Sequence record: SRR20825006_2797
Length of the DNA stretch: 52,954 nt
Direction: 5' to 3' (one strand)
The position numbers and the translations under genes were made by a program. This document shows positions 21,156 through 29,656 of the stretch, one piece after another (position 1 is the stretch's first letter; every line of letters begins with the position of its first letter). The notes under the pieces are model-generated. The model did not search any database. It had not been told where the DNA came from and saw only the letters and a program-made list of their open reading frames with translations.

Positions 21156-21991
21156 TCGGTGAGGTAGGGGGTGGCTTCGACCAGTTCGAAGCCGGGCGTT
21201 TCCTGCGCGAAGTGGCGCAGCCAATAGTTGTGTCCTGATCCGTATACGATGAGGATCCGGTCTCCTGGTTCTGCAATTTCGGTGATGTTCGCGAAGATTT
21301 CGGCATTGCGAGCATACCAGCCATAGTTCAGAACGGCACCCGCAGCATCTTCGATATCCGACATGTCGAGCAGGCCATAGTAAAAGTCTGAATGCATGGT
21401 GCGGATCACAGCCGGGTCATTCTGTCGGACCAGCAATTCTGCGATGGGGGTTGAGGCCTGGTCTTGCATGAGGACTTCGGCTTGGGTCTTAATTGTGTCG
21501 ATCAGACTGGTGATCTTGTCTTCCCGGCCCGTGCGTGCAGCAAAGGCTTCCACCCGATCGAAGGGAAAGTAGGCGATTTCACCATCCTGAGTGTCGACTG
21601 CGTAGACCCGGTCAATTCCGGTCTCGTGCGCGATGCGGTAGCCGATCTGGACCCTCTCGTTGCGCTTTCGGGTCAAATCCTCGGGGACGAAGTCCACAAA
21701 GTTCGGGTCGAGCGCATCATCGGTCTGGCGGATGCGCTCCAGGGCGATGGCGGTGGGGCGAAACGCGGTCAGCCGCTCGGCCAGGTCTTGCAGTTCCGCC
21801 TGGCGGTGCGGCGCCAACACATCATCTGCATCCGTGTTCACCAGATCCAGGCCCGGATTTTCGAAATGATAGGTGCCGAGCACCATGACCTGGACAGGTT
21901 CGACCCGATCTTCGGTGGGCGGCGTTTCGGCTTGTGACAGGGGCACGGCGCAGGCGGCCAGGACAGACAGGGCCAAGAGGGCTGATTTCAT
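21152..21991 (-). CDS. Secreted DUF5694-like protein
   Basis: Signal peptide [38 protein letters not shown] and [17 protein letters not shown] upstream. Confidence 0.7.
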   Translation of the reverse strand: MKSALLALSVLAACAVPLSQAETPPTEDRVEPVQVMVLGTYHFENPGLDLVNTDADDVLAPHRQAELQDLAERLTAFRPTAIALERIRQTDDALDPNFVDFVPEDLTRKRNERVQIGYRIAHETGIDRVYAVDTQDGEIAYFPFDRVEAFAARTGREDKITSLIDTIKTQAEVLMQDQASTPIAELLVRQNDPAVIRTMHSDFYYGLLDMSDIEDAAGAVLNYGWYARNAEIFANITEIAEPGDRILIVYGSGHNYWLRHFAQETPGFELVEATPYLTD

Positions 21992-22149
21992 GCTCGATTT
22001 CTCCTTTTGCATAGGAAGATGCATCGACTTGGTCGATTGGATGCACGCACATGAAGTTTTTGTGTATTGAGCGGGGGAAAAACAGATCGGCTGGCATACC
22101 CGAAGGGACTCGTATAGGACCGGTGTCAACCTTGTCATAGGAGGGCGGA

Positions 22150-23574
22150 ATGACTGAAAATCGGCTAATTGGTGAGAACGCAAAGATTGTCGCAACACTC
22201 GGTCCCGGCAGTCGCTCGCCGAAGGAAGTTCTGGCATTGGCCTATGCAGGCGTTGACGTCTTCCGCTTGAACTTCAGCCATGGCGAGTACAGTGCACACA
22301 AAGATGCCCTGGATGCTGTGCGCGCCGCTGAAAAAGAAACGGGTCGTCCCCTCGCTACGCTGGGAGACCTGCAGGGGCCCAAAGTACGCGTCGGATCGCT
22401 GCCGGGTGGAGAGCTGCGACTGCGGTATCAGAAGGAATATGCGGTCGTTGCCGCTGAGACGACCGAGGCGGAAGATACCATTCCAGTACCGCACGCCGAG
22501 ATTGTCGAAATCCTCGAAGAAGGCGACGTTATCCTGGTGGATGACGGCAAGCTGATGTTCACCGTAACTCAGGCAGGCAGCAAGCCGATGGTGCGAGCTG
22601 ACGTGCCTGGCAAGTTGACCGACAAGAAGGGCTTCACGGTTCGCGGCAAGGCCCTGCCGGTGCGAGCATTGACCGACAAAGACCGCGCCGACCTTGATTT
22701 CGCGCTCGAGATTGGCGTTGATCTCGTCGCATTGTCCTTTGTGCAGACAGTTGAAGACATCGAAGAAGTGAAGGCCATCATTGCTGGTCGGGCACCGCTT
22801 GTCGCCAAACTCGAAAAGCCTGCCGCCATTTCAAACCTGGAGCCTATTGTTGCCGCGGCCGACGCTGTGATGGTCGCGCGAGGGGATCTCGGTGTTGAGT
22901 ATGCGCCTGAAGACGTGCCTGTCATCCAGCGCCGGATCGTACGTTGTGCTCGCGGACTGGGCCGGCCGGTAATCGTGGCGACGCAGATGTTGGAATCCAT
23001 GATTGAGAATGCCGCCCCGACCCGCGCCGAAGCTTCCGATGTGGCCACGGCCATCTATCAAGGCGCAGACGCAGTCATGCTGTCAGGTGAGACCGCAGTC
23101 GGACGCCATCCCGCCACCACGGTGGCCATCATGTCCCGGATCATCCGTGCCACAGAGGGCGCTGAGGATTATCGGCGGTCGCTGGAACAGTTTTCGGGTG
23201 ACATACCTGCGCAAAGCGCAATCGATGTTGTTGCAGAGACGGCCCAGGGTATGGCCGAGGCGGAAGGTGCGACAGCGCTGGCCCTACGTACTGGCGCTTT
23301 TGATCGGCTCGCCCGTTTTGCCAGAGTCCGAGGAACGGCACCGATTCTTTACGGGTCATTGGACGATCAGCGCTTGCGCACGGCCTGTCTGCTCTGGGGC
23401 GTGCATCCGCAAAGGCTGAATGCCGGGGCTGACTACTGGTATCGCGACCTGATGGATGCAGCGGGACTTGAGGGTCGCGTGGCCTATGCCCGATGGGCCG
23501 GCGATGCAGAAAGGTTCGCGTGGGAAGTTGGTGTCGGAAAAGGCCAGAACGGTGAGAAAATTACCGGCGTATGA
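22150..23574 (+). CDS. pyk: Pyruvate kinase
   Basis: KIVATLGP, RLNFSHG, DLQGPK, KLEKP, MVARGDLGVE, ATQMLESM and MLSGETA. Confidence 0.93.
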   Translation: MTENRLIGENAKIVATLGPGSRSPKEVLALAYAGVDVFRLNFSHGEYSAHKDALDAVRAAEKETGRPLATLGDLQGPKVRVGSLPGGELRLRYQKEYAVVAAETTEAEDTIPVPHAEIVEILEEGDVILVDDGKLMFTVTQAGSKPMVRADVPGKLTDKKGFTVRGKALPVRALTDKDRADLDFALEIGVDLVALSFVQTVEDIEEVKAIIAGRAPLVAKLEKPAAISNLEPIVAAADAVMVARGDLGVEYAPEDVPVIQRRIVRCARGLGRPVIVATQMLESMIENAAPTRAEASDVATAIYQGADAVMLSGETAVGRHPATTVAIMSRIIRATEGAEDYRRSLEQFSGDIPAQSAIDVVAETAQGMAEAEGATALALRTGAFDRLARFARVRGTAPILYGSLDDQRLRTACLLWGVHPQRLNAGADYWYRDLMDAAGLEGRVAYARWAGDAERFAWEVGVGKGQNGEKITGV

Positions 23575-24097
23575 TCAATTGGCTTTGCTTGAACTCGTAT
23601 GAATAGAGTTCGCCAAGATAGGTCATACCCAAGAGCGATTGTTCGAGCCCGTCCTTGAGGATCATGGCATCGACACGTTCGATTTCGACTTGGCCTATGC
23701 GAATATTATCCAGCGTGACGGCAGCGCCATATGTGATGCCGCCAGCCGTACGAATTTCCCATTTGTAGTCCAGCGTTTCCGGTTTCAAACCAATCCGCTG
23801 AGCATCACGAAAGGTCAAGGCGACGGTGCTGGCTCCGGTATCGACCATGAACTTGACCGCTGTTCCATGCACTTCGGCGCGGGTCCAGTAATGGCCATCT
23901 GACTCGCGATCGATAATGGCGGCATCCGCAAAGTTTACCGATGTGCGCTTCTCGGACGGGGCCGGTGCCGGATCCGGTTGCATTGTGGCAATCTCTGCCT
24001 GATGCTGCTCCAGCCTAGGGACGAGAAAGAAAGCGACAGTTGCGGAAATCAGCACAGCTGCGCCAAATCCGGATACGAGGGTCTTTCCTATGGACAT
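23561..24097 (-). CDS. Clan AA aspartic protease (TIGR02281-like)
   Basis: DGHY, FMVDTGAS, SLLGM and an N-terminal TM helix. Confidence 0.88.
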   Translation of the reverse strand: MSIGKTLVSGFGAAVLISATVAFFLVPRLEQHQAEIATMQPDPAPAPSEKRTSVNFADAAIIDRESDGHYWTRAEVHGTAVKFMVDTGASTVALTFRDAQRIGLKPETLDYKWEIRTAGGITYGAAVTLDNIRIGQVEIERVDAMILKDGLEQSLLGMTYLGELYSYEFKQSQLIIRR

Positions 24098-24106
24098 CGA
24101 GAAATC

Positions 24107-24301
24107 CTAGCGTTTGCCGAGCGCTTCAAGCCGGGTGATCCGCTCAGGCAATTCGGCCATTATCTTCTCGCGTCCGTCTGGTCCCAGTCTTACCCAACTT
24201 CCGATTTCCTTAAGTGACCGTGCACAACCGAGACAGAGTCCTGTAGAGGCGTCTACAGCGCACACTTTGATGCAAGGGGATTTTATGGGTTGAGTGGTCA
24301 T
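24107..24301 (-). CDS. DUF1289 family Cys-rich protein
   Basis: SPCIKVC.....LCLGCARSLKEI..W. Confidence 0.85.
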   Translation of the reverse strand: MTTQPIKSPCIKVCAVDASTGLCLGCARSLKEIGSWVRLGPDGREKIMAELPERITRLEALGKR

Positions 24302-24411
24302 GTATTTAGGTTAGTCAGCTCACGAGAGGACACAAGTATCTCATAAACGAGGTAACAAAACCTTGTCGCAGTTAACATGTGTTGTCTGCTATAAGATGAA
24401 ATCGATTTCAA

Positions 24412-25443
24412 ATGCATTGGGAGCAACCTGCTTTGAGTGAGCCGGCACAACAAACTTCACCATTGGCGGATGCCAGGTCTCTAATTAAGGCGTCGGTGGA
24501 TGTGGATCCGGCCCCTGGCCAGAAAGTGCGTGCGGCATTGCTCGAAATGGGCCGTGAGGGAGATTTCGGTCGTCTCGGCAAGGCCGCAGAATGGCTTGCT
24601 AATTGGCAGCATCGCTTTCCTCCACGTATCGAAAACCCGGTGTTGGCAGTGTTCGCCAGTTCACACGGCCTTCAGTCAGAGGGTGTCTCGCTCTCAAGTC
24701 AGACGGATACGCGCGCACATGTTGATGCACTGCGGGAAGGCAAGGCGCCGCTGTCGGCAATAGCAACACAGGCCGGAGCCGCCATACGCGTGTTCGATCT
24801 TGCCATCGACAAGCCAACTCCAAGTATTGCGGAGGAGCCGGCCATGACCGAGCGGGAATGTGCCGCGACCATCGCATACGGGTTTGAGGCCACCGAGGAA
24901 AAGCCGGATCTGCTCGCGCTTGCCGTCTCCGGAGCAGGGGTCGGCACCGCCGCCGCGGCTGTCGCGTGCGCATTGTATGGCGGAGCGCCGGATTACTGGG
25001 TCAGGCCGGACAATCAATCCACGGCCAATTTGGTAGAGCGGCGAGTGGACGTCGTATCGCGCGCGCTGGCTTTGCATCGGGGGCATCTGGCTGATCCGTT
25101 ACAAGCTCTCAGATATCTTGGCGGTCGGGAATTGGCGGCCTGTGTCGGCGCAATCATTGCGGCGCGGCATCAGGGAATCCCGGTGGTTCTGGATGGATTT
25201 GCAACCACTATCGCCGCCGCGGTTGTGCATTCAATCGAACCAAAGGCCATCAGTCACTGCATAGCATCGCACGTGACACGGCGACCAGCTCATGAGGCGG
25301 CAGTCGAGCGGTTGGGCCTGCAACCCCTCCTTCAACTCGAGTTTCAAACCGGGGGCGGACTGGGTTCCGCTACGGCAATTGGGTTGCTCAAGACAGCGTG
25401 TGCCCCTTTCATTGCTGAGCCTTCAGCGGCAAATGCGACCTGA
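24412..25443 (+). CDS. CobT-like nicotinate-nucleotide:DMB phosphoribosyltransferase homologue with a degenerate active site
   Basis: FGRL, VFASSHG, GGRELAACVG and VVLDGF are retained. The canonical GE(M/L)G..NTT and RLGEG(S/T)G motifs appear as AVSGAGVGT and QTGGGLG. Confidence 0.75.
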   Translation: MHWEQPALSEPAQQTSPLADARSLIKASVDVDPAPGQKVRAALLEMGREGDFGRLGKAAEWLANWQHRFPPRIENPVLAVFASSHGLQSEGVSLSSQTDTRAHVDALREGKAPLSAIATQAGAAIRVFDLAIDKPTPSIAEEPAMTERECAATIAYGFEATEEKPDLLALAVSGAGVGTAAAAVACALYGGAPDYWVRPDNQSTANLVERRVDVVSRALALHRGHLADPLQALRYLGGRELAACVGAIIAARHQGIPVVLDGFATTIAAAVVHSIEPKAISHCIASHVTRRPAHEAAVERLGLQPLLQLEFQTGGGLGSATAIGLLKTACAPFIAEPSAANAT

Positions 25444-25456
25444 CGCGACGAGAACC

Positions 25457-25477
25457 TGACGTTTACGCTCACGTCAC
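25457..25477. promoter_or_regulatory. LiuR-like (MerR family) operator upstream of the acyl-CoA dehydrogenases
   Basis: TGACGT-TTACGCTC-ACGTCA inverted repeat resembling the LiuR TT(T/G)ACGTnnACGT(A/C)AA box. Confidence 0.55.
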
Positions 25478-25552
25478 CTTGCCTTTAGCCGAAAATGGCT
25501 GAATTAGAGGGGATAAGTACGATGCGCATCAAGCGCACAGTGAGGAGCCGTC

Positions 25553-26749
25553 ATGAATCTCGATTTTTCGCCGGAAGAGATTACCTTCCGCAATGAGGTC
25601 CGCGAATTCATTCGCGAAAACTATCCGAAAGAACTTGAGGGTATCGGGTCGCGTGAGGATCTTACGCGCGAAGAATTCCTCGCCTGGCACAAAGTGCTCG
25701 GTAAAAAGGGGTGGTCAACACCTGCATGGCCTGAAAAATACGGCGGCACCGGCTGGACCTCTACCCAGCGCTATATCTGGTCGGAAGAGAATGCTCGCGT
25801 TGATGCGTTGATGCCTCTGCCATTCGGTGTGTCGATGGTTGCGCCAGTTATCTACACATTCGGCAATGAAGAGCAGAAGGCTCGTCACCTGCCAGGCATT
25901 CGGTCCGGCGAAGTGTGGTGGTGCCAAGGCTATTCCGAGCCAGGCGCAGGTTCTGACCTTGCAAGCCTCAAGACGACAGCGGTTCGCGACGGCGACCATT
26001 ATGTTCTGAATGGCCAGAAGACCTGGACCACGCTGGCGCAGCACGCGGATTGGGGATTCTTCCTCTGCCGTACGGACCCGACGGCGAAGAAACCTCAAGA
26101 AGGCATCAGCTTCATCCTTGTCGACATGAACACGCCGGGCATCGAAGTGAAGCCGATCAAGTTGATCGATGGTACGCATGAAGTGAACGAGACGTGGCTG
26201 ACGGATGTCCGCGTTCCGGTTGAAAACCTCGTCGGCACGGAAAATGAAGGCTGGACCTACGCGAAATTCCTGCTTGCTCATGAGCGCTCCGGTATCGCTG
26301 GCGTTGCGCGCTCCAAGCGGGGCGTTGAACGCTTGCGCAGTATCGCGTCAGAAGAGCTGGTTGATGGTCAGCCATTGCTTCAATCGCAAGATTTTGCGCG
26401 CAAGATCAGCCAGCTCGAAATCGACCTGACCGCTTTGGAATTCACTGAACTTCGCACGCTGGCTTCCGAGGCAGCAGGCAAAGGCCCCGGGCCCGAAAGT
26501 TCGATCCTGAAAGTGAAGGGAACCGAGATTCAGCAGCGCTTGACCGAGCTTACGCTCGAGGCCGTTGGAAACTATGGTGCTCCGTATGGCTATGGCATGG
26601 AAAATACGGGGAATGACGGATTTGGCGTCGGTCCCGACCATGCGAACTTTGCGGCTGAAACGTATTTCAACATGCGCAAGACATCGATCTACGGTGGATC
26701 CAACGAGATCCAGCGCAACATTATTTCAAAGATGATCCTCGGCCTTTAG
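25553..26749 (+). CDS. Acyl-CoA dehydrogenase, PimC-like large subunit
   Basis: WCQGYSEPGAGSDLASL, NGQKTWT and catalytic IYGGSNEIQ. Confidence 0.88.
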   Translation: MNLDFSPEEITFRNEVREFIRENYPKELEGIGSREDLTREEFLAWHKVLGKKGWSTPAWPEKYGGTGWTSTQRYIWSEENARVDALMPLPFGVSMVAPVIYTFGNEEQKARHLPGIRSGEVWWCQGYSEPGAGSDLASLKTTAVRDGDHYVLNGQKTWTTLAQHADWGFFLCRTDPTAKKPQEGISFILVDMNTPGIEVKPIKLIDGTHEVNETWLTDVRVPVENLVGTENEGWTYAKFLLAHERSGIAGVARSKRGVERLRSIASEELVDGQPLLQSQDFARKISQLEIDLTALEFTELRTLASEAAGKGPGPESSILKVKGTEIQQRLTELTLEAVGNYGAPYGYGMENTGNDGFGVGPDHANFAAETYFNMRKTSIYGGSNEIQRNIISKMILGL

Positions 26750-26775
26750 GGCGCACGAGGCAGGGAGGATAGAAG

Positions 26776-27930
26776 ATGGACTTCAATTTCACCGAAGAGC
26801 AGAACATGATCCGCGACAGCCTCTCGAGGCTGATCCGCGAGCAGTATGATTTCGACACGCGCCGCAAGGTGGTCGAGTCCGAAGCGGGCTGGCGTCCTGA
26901 AATGTGGGCACAGTTTGCTGAGCTTGGTCTCTTGATGGCACCGTTCAGCGAAGAAGATGGCGGCCTTGGTGGCGGCCCGATTGATGCGATGGTCGTCATG
27001 GAAGAGTTCGGCAAGGGCCTCGTGGTCGAGCCTTACGTGCCGAGCGTTGTTTGCGGTGGTGGTTTCCTCAAGCGCGGCACGGATGCGCAAAAGGAAGAAT
27101 ACCTTAGCGGCATCATGTCGGGCGAGAACATCTTTGCATTCGCCTACGCAGAACCGCGCGGTCGCTATAATCTGGCCGATCTTGAGACGACCGCCAAGAA
27201 AGACGGCGCCGGCTTTGTCCTGAATGGGCACAAGGCCGTGGTCATTGGGGCGCCTTGGGCAACCCACTTCGTTGTGACAGCGCGCACGTCAGGTGATCGC
27301 CGTGACAGCAATGGCGTTTCAGTCTTCGTCGTTGCCAAGGATGCGCAGGGCGTAAGTACCCGCGATTATCCGACGGTCGATGGTCGCCGCGCGTCGGAAG
27401 TCTACTTCGAGAACGTCGCGGTTGGCGCAGAAGCGGTGATTGGCGAAGTCGACAATGGTCTGCCGTTGATCGAAACCGTTACCGACGAGGCCATCGCCGC
27501 GATCTGTGCCGAAGCCTGCGGCGCCATGAAGGTGGCGCACGCCATGACGGTCGAATATTCACGCCAGCGTAAGCAGTTTGGCGTTCCGATTGGCAAGTTC
27601 CAGGTGCTGCAGCACCGCATGGTCGATATGTTCATGGAGCATGAGCAGTCGATTTCCATGACCTACATGGCCACGCTCAAGCTTGATGAAGACGAAGTCA
27701 CGCGCAAGAAGGCGGCATCCGCTGCCAAGGTGCGCATCGGTCAAGCCGGTCGCTTCATTGGTCAGGAAGCCGTGCAGATCCATGGCGGCATGGGCATGAC
27801 AGACGAACTGGCTGTCGGACACTATTTCAAACGCCTGACGATGATCGATTCCGAGTTCGGCAATATCGATCACCATCTGAAGCGGTACACCGGACTGACA
27901 GAGATGGAACTTCCGGCAGCGGCGGAATAG
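26776..27930 (+). CDS. Acyl-CoA dehydrogenase, PimD-like small subunit
   Basis: RKQFGVPIGKFQVLQHR and QIHGGMG. It lacks the catalytic Glu motif, as expected for the partner subunit of a heteromeric ACAD. Confidence 0.85.
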   Translation: MDFNFTEEQNMIRDSLSRLIREQYDFDTRRKVVESEAGWRPEMWAQFAELGLLMAPFSEEDGGLGGGPIDAMVVMEEFGKGLVVEPYVPSVVCGGGFLKRGTDAQKEEYLSGIMSGENIFAFAYAEPRGRYNLADLETTAKKDGAGFVLNGHKAVVIGAPWATHFVVTARTSGDRRDSNGVSVFVVAKDAQGVSTRDYPTVDGRRASEVYFENVAVGAEAVIGEVDNGLPLIETVTDEAIAAICAEACGAMKVAHAMTVEYSRQRKQFGVPIGKFQVLQHRMVDMFMEHEQSISMTYMATLKLDEDEVTRKKAASAAKVRIGQAGRFIGQEAVQIHGGMGMTDELAVGHYFKRLTMIDSEFGNIDHHLKRYTGLTEMELPAAAE

Positions 27931-28018
27931 ACATCAGAGTCCAGTAACTGTGCAGGCTGAATATTGGGCCTACGGGCTTTTTAATAATTAATATTCTGCC
28001 GAATTAGTCTGACGAGAC

Positions 28019-28058
28019 GGCCCGGGACGCGAAGACAGCGTCCCGGGCCTCTTCTTAT
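28019..28058 (+). terminator. Strong hairpin, probable terminator
   Basis: Perfect 12-bp stem ggcccgggacgc-gaagaca-gcgtcccgggcc followed by tcttcttat. Confidence 0.6.
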
Positions 28059-28285
28059 GTCTTGATTAATTGAGAAATTATTGCCGACAATCCGCCTCTC
28101 GGTCTTGCGGGCCGCTGAAACCTTCCAATAATTCGCTCGAATTTGCCTAACTTTGATTACTTGACTGACACCGTATTCCCCTATGAAGCCCTCACTCTTT
28201 GTAAGAAAAGTGGTATGGGTCTTGCTTTGGGACCTTTGGTAAACATGGCGGTTCGAGCAACCGGAATACATAATCCAGGGAAGAG

Positions 28286-29584
28286 GTGGAAATGTTGTAT
28301 ACTAAGCGGGTTAGCCTTGCAGGAGTCGCGACAGGCGCTCTGATTGCGGCGATGTCTGGGACGGCGTATGCGCAGTCGAGCGACTTTTACAGTCGGGACA
28401 AGTATGAGGCGGTTTCAGACCGCCGTCAGCCCGAATATGATCCGGAGCCCATCCGGCTCGGAGCATTTACGGTAAATTCCAGTCTGTTCGCTGGCCTTGG
28501 TTATACCGACAATGCGTTGGGAACAAGCGACAACGAAGAATCTGATGTCATCGCCCGCATCGGTGCTGATATTGCGGCTCGTACAAACTGGAGCGTGCAC
28601 GAAGTGGCCGCTTCCGTGTCTGTCAGCCGTGACGAGTACCAGGATTTCAGTGACCAGTCAGCCAATGACGTCAATACGCGGCTGCGGGGCCGTCTGGACG
28701 TCACGCGCGACGTCGCACTTGGCGGCGCGGTCTTCTACCAGCAATCTACGGATCAGCGGTCCGACCCATCGAACACATCCGGACTGGGCGAGCCGATCGA
28801 GTATACCCGCGCAGGCGTCGAGCTGAGTGCCAATTATACAAATGACCGTATTCGCTGGACGAACTCTGTGACATTTGCGGAAGTCGACTATGACGACACG
28901 GTCTCCCTTGACGGCACGCCGATCGATCAGGACTTCCGTGACCGGTCTGACACGCTCTTCAATTCGCGCCTCAGCTATGCGATTTCGCCGAACGTGGCTG
29001 TTTTTGGCCAAGGCATGATCCAACAGCGTGAGTACGATAATCTGATCGTCGTCGATGGTGCGGAACGGTCCAGGGATTCAGATTCCTACACTGTTTACGG
29101 TGGTGTGGACTTCGAACTGAACACGTTGATCCGCGGTGACGTGGCCATTGGCTACCTGAGCGAAGAAAAGGATGACACTTTCTACGAAGACACTGACGGT
29201 CTGGCCGTCGATGCGAATGTAGAATGGTTCCCGACCCGTCTCACCACTGTGAGCTTCAATGGTGCACGCCGAACAGTCGATAGCGGCATTCGGACCAGCG
29301 CGAGCTCCATTCAAACGACGCTAGGCGCCCGTGTTGATCACGAACTGTACCGCAATATCATCCTGTCAGGATATGGCGAGCTCACCAGCTATGAATACGA
29401 TGAGACCGACAGGGATGACGACATCACCGAATTCGGTGTGATCGGTACGTACAAAATGAACAAGCGGGTGCACCTGAACGCCTTCGCACGTCGCGTTGAT
29501 CGTGACCGGAGTGGTACGGCGTTTGCGGCCGATGAGAGCTTCTCTGCGAACCTTCTCGGTATTTCGGTTCGTATCCACCCTTAA
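28286..29584 (+). CDS. Outer-membrane beta-barrel protein of polysaccharide loci (BBP2-like)
   Basis: Signal peptide ending AYA, alternating amphipathic strands, and a position directly upstream of wzc. Confidence 0.75.
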   Translation: MEMLYTKRVSLAGVATGALIAAMSGTAYAQSSDFYSRDKYEAVSDRRQPEYDPEPIRLGAFTVNSSLFAGLGYTDNALGTSDNEESDVIARIGADIAARTNWSVHEVAASVSVSRDEYQDFSDQSANDVNTRLRGRLDVTRDVALGGAVFYQQSTDQRSDPSNTSGLGEPIEYTRAGVELSANYTNDRIRWTNSVTFAEVDYDDTVSLDGTPIDQDFRDRSDTLFNSRLSYAISPNVAVFGQGMIQQREYDNLIVVDGAERSRDSDSYTVYGGVDFELNTLIRGDVAIGYLSEEKDDTFYEDTDGLAVDANVEWFPTRLTTVSFNGARRTVDSGIRTSASSIQTTLGARVDHELYRNIILSGYGELTSYEYDETDRDDDITEFGVIGTYKMNKRVHLNAFARRVDRDRSGTAFAADESFSANLLGISVRIHP

Positions 29585-29593
29585 TTTCCATAC

Positions 29594-29623
29594 CAGGCGA
29601 CCGACCATCCGGCCGGTCGCCTG
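29594..29623. other. Intercistronic hairpin
   Basis: 10-bp stem caggcgaccg/cggtcgcctg with no U-tail. Confidence 0.5.
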
Positions 29624-29656
29624 AAAGCTTCCAACCCCAACGCGCGGTATATTATC

